A DNA stretch of 64,000 nucleotides from a virus: IMG/VR virus record IMGVR_UViG_3300020595_003017, positions 1 through 64,000 of that record, one strand, 5' to 3'. The position numbers and the translations under genes were made by a program. The notes under the pieces are model-generated. The model saw only the letters and a program-made list of their open reading frames with translations, was not told the DNA's origin and did not search any database. Of this stretch, positions 57,634 to 64,000 are shown one piece after another. Position 1 is the stretch's first letter, and every line of letters starts with the position of its first letter.

Positions 57634-57803
57634 AACTCGGAACCCTAGTCCAGTTCGCCGCCTACGGGGCGGTCATGGATACTGGCTATGTTTCAAAGTA
57701 TGATGAGGACCCAAAATTCATGTGGGTAGAGTGTGTGAAGATGGGACCTCAGCGGGTCAGCAAAGACAGCACGATGTTGGAGGTGCTAAGTGAAGCCGGG
57801 TGA
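57630..57803 (+). CDS. Array protein 10 (MKLGTLVQF...TGYV...LEVLSEAG), not in track
   Basis: Read by hand; 57 aa. Confidence 0.75.
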   Translation: MKLGTLVQFAAYGAVMDTGYVSKYDEDPKFMWVECVKMGPQRVSKDSTMLEVLSEAG

Positions 57804-57987
57804 TTTAGTCCGCATCAGAAAAACCTCAATTGACCACATGTCGGCCAATTGGTTTATCTGGCACGCAGAACACAAGACCCCGCTGGTTTTGATTAAAGAA
57901 CTAAACAAAAGTTATTGGAATGTACTGAAGCCTGATGGCGAGACTGTGTTCATTCACAAAAGCCACTTGACGAAGAGAATGTATTGA
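57790..57987 (+). CDS. Array protein 11 (MKPGDLVRI...)
   Basis: GTG start; GGAGGT SD. Confidence 0.75.
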   Translation: MKPGDLVRIRKTSIDHMSANWFIWHAEHKTPLVLIKELNKSYWNVLKPDGETVFIHKSHLTKRMY

Positions 57988-58178
57988 TGGAACACAAATT
58001 ATATAATATCGGAGACTTGGTAGCGGTTGCTTCCAACCGAGTGCTTGGCATCATCACCAAGTCCAACTACTGGGCTCTTGATGAATATCTCGGTGGTGAG
58101 ATTGAGATGGTGGATGTGATGTTCGGCTCCTCGGTTTCCAAGCAATACCCAGTTCAATATCTGGTGGAGATGAGATGA
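57987..58178 (+). CDS. Array protein 12 (..YNIGDLV...LGII...VDVMF)
   Basis: ORF track. Confidence 0.72.
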   Translation: MEHKLYNIGDLVAVASNRVLGIITKSNYWALDEYLGGEIEMVDVMFGSSVSKQYPVQYLVEMR

Positions 58179-58396
58179 CCAGAGTTATCACATACCGACC
58201 CGAAGTCGGCGACATCGTGAAGTATCATATGTTTGGCTGCCGTGATAAGGTCGGCGTAGTTTTGGGAATAGAAAAAAAAGAAATGAACTACACATCCTGT
58301 AAGGTAGTTGAGGATGGTTGCTTAGTGTCTTTTAATAATAAGCCCCCCGTGTGGGAACCATTATATTCTTTGGAAAAGGTTGATGGTAAATACTGA
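58175..58396 (+). CDS. Array protein 13 (..PEVGDIV...VGVVL...LEKV)
   Basis: ORF track. Confidence 0.72.
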   Translation: MTRVITYRPEVGDIVKYHMFGCRDKVGVVLGIEKKEMNYTSCKVVEDGCLVSFNNKPPVWEPLYSLEKVDGKY

Positions 58397-58589
58397 TTTA
58401 AAAATAGGCACACTGCTCCGAGTGAGAGAGCACTGCCGGAAAAATATCACCATCCGCAACAACGGCGAGTATGGTATTTTGGCACTAAGTGCTAACGGAA
58501 AATATATTACACACGATGTATTATTTCCCAACGGAACCAGATGTATTTATATGCCCTTGAATTGGGAGGTTGTTAGTTATGCGGGATAA
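58383..58589 (+). CDS. Array protein 14 (..LKIGTLL...YGIL...WEVVS)
   Basis: ORF track. Confidence 0.7.
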   Translation: MVNTDLKIGTLLRVREHCRKNITIRNNGEYGILALSANGKYITHDVLFPNGTRCIYMPLNWEVVSYAG

Positions 58590-58836
58590 GATGTGGGAAG
58601 TTCAACAGCCCGGAACTCTTTTGCGAGCACGCAGTAGCCATCAATATGGTAAACTGGCTTTAGTCCTTCAAGAGGCTTATGCTGGACCTACGCCAAGCAA
58701 CGGCTATCCTCCCCGCCAGTATGTGAAGATGCAGTGGCTTGCCACTGGCGAGCGGTTTGAAGAAATGTTAACAAATGCTCATAATTGTTTTGACATTGTG
58801 GGTTCCTGTGATACACTAGGACCTGAGGAGAACTGA
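58579..58836 (+). CDS. Array protein 15 (..QPGTLL...LALV...MQW...FDIV)
   Basis: ATG at 58579 after GGAGGT SD. Confidence 0.7.
   Translation: MRDKMWEVQQPGTLLRARSSHQYGKLALVLQEAYAGPTPSNGYPPRQYVKMQWLATGERFEEMLTNAHNCFDIVGSCDTLGPEEN
58790..58817 (+). promoter_or_regulatory. Internal sigma70-type promoter
   Basis: TTGACA-N16-TACACT with TG extension; GAGGAG SD downstream. Confidence 0.55.
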
Positions 58837-59039
58837 TGGCTATCACACCCAAGTTCAAGCCAGGGCAACTGGTAGAGTATGCTGACCCTGACTGGTCACT
58901 TGTTGGTCTGGTCAAGTCTACACAATTCGCCCGTCGCCGAGGTGACCCAGTTTTTGTGCTGGTCCAGTGGTGTGGAAAGTATCGGAACAATGAAGAATAT
59001 ATTCCCCAATCAGAACTTAAACTAGTGGAGGGTTCATGA
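58836..59039 (+). CDS. Array protein 16 (..FKPGQLV...VGLV...VQW...ELKLVEGS)
   Basis: ORF track. Confidence 0.75.
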   Translation: MAITPKFKPGQLVEYADPDWSLVGLVKSTQFARRRGDPVFVLVQWCGKYRNNEEYIPQSELKLVEGS

Positions 59040-59563
59040 ATATTTTTGCTATCGAAGGCGATGAAGAGACAGGACAGATTGACTGGGAGAAGTCAGCACA
59101 GTCTCAAGACAACTTGCGGGTCGTCAAGATGATCCTAGAGTCTTGTCAGATCATGTCAACAGTTATCAACGAGCAGGGGCTCAAAGCTCCCTACCGTTCG
59201 TTCAATCCCAAGCACCCATCGTGCCTATGGGCTGCTGAGTCGGCAAGTAACTATATGAATCTTGCTTTGCACTGCCAGGCTATGATTGATGAGTACGAGC
59301 ATCGCTTCAACAAGACTCACAAGTGCCAAGCGGTTCTCAAGACTCTTATTGAGTTGTTTGACCCTGGCTTGTTTCCATCCATGGAGTGTACCCCGCTCCG
59401 CCTGGCCATGCCTGACGAGTTTCGATCAGACAATCCTGTAGTATCTTACCGCAGGTTCTATGCTTCTAAACCACGTTTGCGCTACCCAGTTGACAAAATC
59501 CCACAATGGGTATATGATTATCGTACTGAACCATTTGAAGTAGTTGAAGGAGAAAAAAGATGA
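59036..59563 (+). CDS. denV: Pyrimidine-dimer DNA glycosylase (T4 endonuclease V/DenV family)
   Basis: MNIF, VVKMILESCQIMS, HPSCLWA, LAMPDEF, VVSYRRFY. Confidence 0.82.
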   Translation: MNIFAIEGDEETGQIDWEKSAQSQDNLRVVKMILESCQIMSTVINEQGLKAPYRSFNPKHPSCLWAAESASNYMNLALHCQAMIDEYEHRFNKTHKCQAVLKTLIELFDPGLFPSMECTPLRLAMPDEFRSDNPVVSYRRFYASKPRLRYPVDKIPQWVYDYRTEPFEVVEGEKR

Positions 59564-59727
59564 CAACTGAATGGAACCCCAGCACCACTGTGATGAACAC
59601 CAAGACCAATGAGACGGGTCGTTTGTTAGGCCAGTTTTTTAGAAAGGGTGAGCGATGGTGGACTGTCTATTGGGAAAGCGGCGAGACCACAGCCGAGTGT
59701 GAGAAAGAAATGCTTGGTGATGAGTAA
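59560..59727 (+). CDS. 55-aa SH3-like protein, not in track
   Basis: MTTEWNPSTTVMNTKTNETGRLL...WTVYWESGETTAE; AAGGAG SD. Confidence 0.6.
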   Translation: MTTEWNPSTTVMNTKTNETGRLLGQFFRKGERWWTVYWESGETTAECEKEMLGDE

Positions 59728-59998
59728 GAAGCATTTAAAGAAACTTAAGCGAGCCAAAAAGAAAAAGAAAGATAAAAAGGTTTCCGAAGAGCAGCAGCGA
59801 CATCTAGCTAAACAGATGAACATGTTTGATAGGTTGCCTGATTCTTGTTCGGCTTGCAAAAAAGAGTTCCCTAAGACCCGCCAGGCACACACAACCTGGA
59901 AGGTCGTGGTGAGGACAGAAAAACAGCAAGTGAGACTTTTTTGCCCAGAGTGTCAGAAATTAGCCAATAAGTTGGCGGAGGAACAAAATGAAGTTTAA
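59720..59998 (+). CDS. Basic Zn-ribbon hypothetical protein
   Basis: Lys-rich N-terminus; CSAC...CPEC. Confidence 0.65.
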   Translation: MSKKHLKKLKRAKKKKKDKKVSEEQQRHLAKQMNMFDRLPDSCSACKKEFPKTRQAHTTWKVVVRTEKQQVRLFCPECQKLANKLAEEQNEV

Positions 59999-61028
59999 AG
60001 AGGCTATCACCTACGATGATATGTTACTAGTGCCTCAGTACAGTGATATTACGAGCAGAAGTGAAGTTGAGATCGGCAATAGGATGGGACACAGGCATCT
60101 CAAGATGCCGATTATCGCTTCCCCGATGGACACTGTGTCGGAGCATGAAATGGCAATCGCCATGTATCGTGCCGGAGGCATGGCTGTTCTTCATAGATAT
60201 AATACTATTCAAGAACAAGTAAGCATGGCAGAAAAAGTCACACAAGTGTCAAACTGGTCGGGACAGGTGGCCGCTGCCGTTGGTGTGACGGGCGATTTCA
60301 TCGAGCGTTCCGAGGCTTTGATCGCAGCAGGTGTTGATGTTTTGTGCATTGATGTGGCTCATGGTCATCATATTTTAGTAAAAAAAGCTCTTGAGCAATT
60401 GCGAAACGAATATGATAATCATATTTACATCATCGCAGGAAACGTCTGCACGCTGGAGGGTATTAACGATGTTGCTGATTGGGGGGCTGACGCTGTACGG
60501 TGTAACATTGGTGGCGGCTCCATTTGTTCTACTAGGACTGTCACAGGCCACGGTTTACCCGGCCTCCAAACGATCTTCGACTGCGCAAGAACAGACCGCC
60601 AAGTCTCGATCATCGCAGACGGCGGCATCAAAACCTCGGGAGATATTGTTAAAGCTTTAGCAGCCGGCGCAGATTTTGTAATGTGCGGCTCTTTATTAGC
60701 AGGCACCACCGAAAGTCCAGGAAAAGTAATTCACCTGCCTGACAATAACCGAGTAAAAGAATATAGAGGGATGGCCTCCAAAGACGCCCAACTGGACTGG
60801 CGCAGCAAATCATCCACCCCAGAAGGCGTGGCGTCTTATATCCCATTCAAGGGTAGCGTCTTAGATATTTTGACAGACCTGAGCGGAGGTATCAAGTCTG
60901 GATTTTCTTACAGCGGCGCTCGGAATTTATCAGAACTACAACACAAGGCGGAGTGGGCGAGGCAAACTTCTGCCGGAACCCATGAAAGTAGCACTCATAT
61001 TTTTTCTCAAGAAGGGAAACAAAAATAA
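59988..61028 (+). CDS. guaB: IMP dehydrogenase / GMP reductase family (no CBS domains)
   Basis: YDDMLLVP, IIASPMDTV, IDVAHG, IAGNV, GGGSICSTR, IIADGGI, YRGMAS, PEG. Confidence 0.88.
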   Translation: MKFKEAITYDDMLLVPQYSDITSRSEVEIGNRMGHRHLKMPIIASPMDTVSEHEMAIAMYRAGGMAVLHRYNTIQEQVSMAEKVTQVSNWSGQVAAAVGVTGDFIERSEALIAAGVDVLCIDVAHGHHILVKKALEQLRNEYDNHIYIIAGNVCTLEGINDVADWGADAVRCNIGGGSICSTRTVTGHGLPGLQTIFDCARTDRQVSIIADGGIKTSGDIVKALAAGADFVMCGSLLAGTTESPGKVIHLPDNNRVKEYRGMASKDAQLDWRSKSSTPEGVASYIPFKGSVLDILTDLSGGIKSGFSYSGARNLSELQHKAEWARQTSAGTHESSTHIFSQEGKQK

Positions 61029-61351
61029 TGTTTTATCGTAAATCATCAGCAGATCAGCAAGCAGACATTGATCGTGAGCCAACTGAATTTGAGACTCAGT
61101 ACAATGAGAACCCAACTTGTTTCGAAGTCCACGAGAAGTGGCAACTGGAGTGCGATCAAGACAAGTGTAGGAACTGGATGGATTACTCTAGTGATTTAAA
61201 CTGTGCTGTCGTTTGCGCCAGGAAGCACGACAATGGCTTAAGCTTACGAGAAGTGGCAGAAAGAATGAATGTGAGCTTCCCCAGAATCAGCCAAATTGAG
61301 CACGCTGCTTTCAAGAAACTAAAAACAGCAGGAGTTTTTCAAGAAGAATAG
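61028..61351 (+). CDS. Sigma70 region-4-like HTH protein with Cys-rich N-terminal part
   Basis: LSLREVAERMNVSFPRISQIEHAAFKKLK; four Cys upstream (C..C..C..C). Confidence 0.75.
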   Translation: MFYRKSSADQQADIDREPTEFETQYNENPTCFEVHEKWQLECDQDKCRNWMDYSSDLNCAVVCARKHDNGLSLREVAERMNVSFPRISQIEHAAFKKLKTAGVFQEE

Positions 61352-61371
61352 GGTTTTTTACTTATTGATAA

Positions 61372-61379
61372 ACTATTTA
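61372..61379 (+). promoter_or_regulatory. ACTATTTA motif upstream of the acidic protein gene
   Basis: Exact copy; AAGGAG SD at about 61407. Confidence 0.5.
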
Positions 61380-61421
61380 AAGATGATTGTAAACAATCAC
61401 CCCCTTAAGGAGATCATTATA

Positions 61422-62009
61422 ATGACTAAAAAGAAAACCCTTGTAAACGAAAGCGTTATCCGTCGTTGGGGCAAACTGGCAAATATGCCTGCCTTGACTG
61501 AAAACTTTCTTGATACTGCTGAAGAGCTAGAGGAAGAAGAAGGTGAAGAGGAAATGGAAATGAGCATGGACGCTGCACCTGCGGATGACGCTGCTGAAGC
61601 ACCTGCCGCAGAACAAGACGCAGTGGAAAAAATTGTTAACGCTGTCGTAGACGCTATCTCGCAAGAAACTGGTGTTGACATTGAAGTCGAAGGCGAAGCT
61701 GGTGCTGACGCTGGTGGCGAAGAAATGGACATGGCTGCCGACGATGATGACGTGGCTATGCGTGGCGCAGACCCCTCGATGGCGATGAGGGACGAAGATC
61801 CTGCCAATAGAGCAGACGAAGTTGAAGAAGGAATGCGTGGTAAGACAGCTATGCGTGGCGACAAGGATGAAAAAGCCATGCGTGATGATGACGACGAAGA
61901 TGATAAAAAGGTAAAGAAAGAAGAGCTTGACCTTGAAGTAATCGACGACGAGGCCCTCACCGAAGCAGTTCTTCGAAGAGTGGTTGAACGACTTTTAAGC
62001 CGCAAATAA
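61422..62009 (+). CDS. Highly acidic low-complexity protein (scaffold/internal-head-like)
   Basis: D/E-rich; repeated AMR(G/D); LxE sites; start at 61422 follows the SD. Confidence 0.7.
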   Translation: MTKKKTLVNESVIRRWGKLANMPALTENFLDTAEELEEEEGEEEMEMSMDAAPADDAAEAPAAEQDAVEKIVNAVVDAISQETGVDIEVEGEAGADAGGEEMDMAADDDDVAMRGADPSMAMRDEDPANRADEVEEGMRGKTAMRGDKDEKAMRDDDDEDDKKVKKEELDLEVIDDEALTEAVLRRVVERLLSRK

Positions 62010-62025
62010 TCTTTCTGGAGACAGA

Positions 62026-62958
62026 ATGAACTCTCTTAACGCAAACGACCTCCGTAAGTTAATTACTGAGGTCGTTTCTGTTTATTGGACAGAAAAACAT
62101 CAGTGGCTACTGGAAAGCCCCAAAGTGTTAAAGGAAGGGGTTTTTGATCCCGGCATCCTCAAGGCAATCTTTACGGCTGGTGGACCAGGCAGCGGAAAAT
62201 CTTTCGTGGCTGATATGTTGATGGGCGCTCGCTCCCTTGAAAAACCCTACCAGAAGTATTTTGAGGAGCACACCTCATACCTTCCAGCCGGCATTAAGTA
62301 TGTCAACTCTGATAACCTCTTTGAAAAGGGGCTTCTGAAAATGGGCATCAATCCTAAAGACCTAGCCGACATAGAATCATTGCCCAGCGACGAGTTGTGG
62401 GATATCATTCAGGGGGAAGACCCAGAATCTATTCGCAACATAGCCAAAGGACAGCTTGCAGCCCAGCGTGCCTTTTACGAGAGTGGTCGTCTTGGAGTTC
62501 TTGTTGATGGAACTGGGCGAGAGTATGAGAAAATTGCGAGACAAAAAGAAAAGATGGAGAAGTTAGGATACGATACTGCTATGGTATTTGTAAATACTTC
62601 CGAAGAAGTCGCCCAACAGCGCAATGCCGGCAGAGACCGAGTTCTCCCAGAGAAAACTATTACAGACCTTTGGAATCAGGTGCAGAACAACCTGAAAGCC
62701 TACGCTCAACTTTTTGGTAACGACTTCACTATCGTCATGAACGATGCGCCAGGCGCTCCTCCTGAATCAGCAGTCAAGGCTATGAACGACTTCGTAGCCG
62801 CCCCGGTTGAAAACAAGTTTGGACAGTCATGGATTGAAGGAGAACTTGAGCGTCGAGGTGTCCAGACATTAGAGCCTGGCGGAGCCGGTGGCTTTCGTGG
62901 CGACCGAGAGTCTGCCGAACGCATCCAACAAATGAGGGACAGAAAGGCGGAACAGTGA
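62026..62958 (+). CDS. P-loop kinase (AAA_33/zeta-toxin-like)
   Basis: AGGPGSGKS, VNSD, LVDGTG, VFVNT...QRN..R. Confidence 0.8.
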   Translation: MNSLNANDLRKLITEVVSVYWTEKHQWLLESPKVLKEGVFDPGILKAIFTAGGPGSGKSFVADMLMGARSLEKPYQKYFEEHTSYLPAGIKYVNSDNLFEKGLLKMGINPKDLADIESLPSDELWDIIQGEDPESIRNIAKGQLAAQRAFYESGRLGVLVDGTGREYEKIARQKEKMEKLGYDTAMVFVNTSEEVAQQRNAGRDRVLPEKTITDLWNQVQNNLKAYAQLFGNDFTIVMNDAPGAPPESAVKAMNDFVAAPVENKFGQSWIEGELERRGVQTLEPGGAGGFRGDRESAERIQQMRDRKAEQ

Positions 62959-63332
62959 CGTTTGACGTCCTTAAGCTTTTAGAACAAGAAGGCTACATCA
63001 AAGACGGCGAGGACAACTTAGTTCATGCTGAGAAGGCCTTTTTCGCTGCACGAGTTATGCAGTGGATAAGAAATAAAGTAAACACAGAACCTGATTTCAA
63101 TCTTCAAGCCTATTTAACAATGTTAATGTATTATAAGACAGACGTGGCTGACTTAAAGTTTACAGAGGATGGTAGTAAACTAGTTTACCGGATGAGAAAT
63201 AATGATAAAGAGGTGCAGGATCTTGTTAACTCACTTATTAAATCTAGTAGCAAATCTCATGAAGAACCTACCTCAGAAGAAGGAAACACTCCCAGTGACA
63301 CCAAAAGCTCTGATAGAGATTCTGAATCCTAA
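62955..63332 (+). CDS. Hypothetical protein
   Basis: GTG start overlapping the previous stop; 125 aa. Confidence 0.6.
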   Translation: MTFDVLKLLEQEGYIKDGEDNLVHAEKAFFAARVMQWIRNKVNTEPDFNLQAYLTMLMYYKTDVADLKFTEDGSKLVYRMRNNDKEVQDLVNSLIKSSSKSHEEPTSEEGNTPSDTKSSDRDSES

Positions 63333-63933
63333 GAATATAAAATCATATTTTGCAGCAAAAGATTATAAATTCTTTGACACTCCTGACAAGTTACTAAACC
63401 TAAATCTGATAGGTGTGCGTCGAGACAATCAAGGCACAAACACTTTTGATGATTTCTTGCTGGTAATGTATCGTGAAGAAGAATTAATGATTAGCACCCG
63501 ATATCAAGTAACAACTGACCCAGGGAAGCACTGGCTTGAAAAACCGATCAATCCCAAGGGAACAGCGGTGCTCGTGCCCGGACAATATCGAGGGACTTGG
63601 CAACTAGGAAAGCACCAGGGCAAGTATGAAGCACTAGTTCAGCGCAAGCCTGTTAAAGTTTATCGAGACAATAACAAAGACGAGATCATAGATTATAATA
63701 ATATAAACACGATAGTTGATGAGGGGTACTTTGGTATCAACATCCATCGCAGTAATCCCTACGATCAGTCTTATGTAATTAATAAATGGAGCGCAGGCTG
63801 CCAGGTCTTCAAAAAGATTGAAGATTATAATAATTTTATGGAACTCTGCAAAGAATCAGCAAAGATTTATGGCAACGGATTTACCTACACGCTCATTACT
63901 GAGAAAGATTTAAGAAATCACCTAGATAGCTGA
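63259..63933 (+). CDS. YkuD/L,D-transpeptidase-like cell-wall enzyme
   Basis: GINIHRS...WSAGCQV matches the H-x(n)-SxGC catalytic motif; start uncertain (63202 or 63259 or later). Confidence 0.6.
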   Translation: MKNLPQKKETLPVTPKALIEILNPKNIKSYFAAKDYKFFDTPDKLLNLNLIGVRRDNQGTNTFDDFLLVMYREEELMISTRYQVTTDPGKHWLEKPINPKGTAVLVPGQYRGTWQLGKHQGKYEALVQRKPVKVYRDNNKDEIIDYNNINTIVDEGYFGINIHRSNPYDQSYVINKWSAGCQVFKKIEDYNNFMELCKESAKIYGNGFTYTLITEKDLRNHLDS

Positions 63934-63940
63934 CTATTTA
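63933..63940 (+). promoter_or_regulatory. ACTATTTA motif upstream of the final partial ORF
   Basis: Exact copy; GAGGAG SD at about 63959. Confidence 0.5.
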
Positions 63941-63975
63941 TAGATAGTTCTATTTTCTGAGGAGAAAAAATAATA

Positions 63976-64000
63976 ATGTCCCAATATAAAATTTCCAAAG
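63976..64000 (+). CDS. Start of a gene truncated by the window end (MSQYKISK...)
   Basis: SD plus ATG; KISK resembles the KITK leader. Confidence 0.5.

Noticed and set aside
55666-59039. Diversity-generating retroelement as the source of array diversity
   Set aside because: No reverse transcriptase and no near-identical TR/VR pair differing only at adenines was seen
61397-62005. 202-aa minus-strand ORF
   Set aside because: Ser-rich antisense shadow of the GAA/GAT-rich acidic gene; no independent signals
1-64000. Stop-codon reassignment, inteins, introns, tRNAs
   Set aside because: Core genes (terL, MCP, dnaE, nrdJ, helicase) are full-length and uninterrupted in the standard code; intergenic gaps are short and showed no cloverleaf by eye (a tRNAscan run would be decisive)

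Overview
A 64-kb piece of a large myovirus-type (T4-like virion modules) bacteriophage genome. Essentially all credible genes are on the + strand; the long - strand ORFs are shadows. Order: small proteins sharing an N-terminal MKITKSQL leader; fused SbcD-SbcC (Mre11-Rad50) nuclease; small accessory genes (ParB-like, DUF523/TudS-like); a tubulin/FtsZ-family (PhuZ/TubZ-like) gene among membrane-protein genes; terminase, portal, prohead protease, a bS21-like ribosomal protein, scaffold, major capsid, neck, sheath, tube, probable frameshifting tail chaperone, tape measure and baseplate. A replication/nucleotide block follows: minimal family-A polymerase, a second degenerate tubulin-like protein, SSB, RecA, 5'-3' exonuclease, DnaB-like helicase, class II RNR, GroES, MetK, DnaE and dUTPase. 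Next is a dense array of 16 paralogous 50-85 aa 'MKPGDLV' (SH3/KOW-like) genes with interlocking junctions and repeated promoter cassettes. The window ends with DenV, IMPDH-like, a sigma region-4 protein, an acidic protein, a P-loop kinase and a YkuD-like enzyme. No tRNA, CRISPR array, intein or integrase was recognised. All family assignments are by motif recognition by eye, not by database search.
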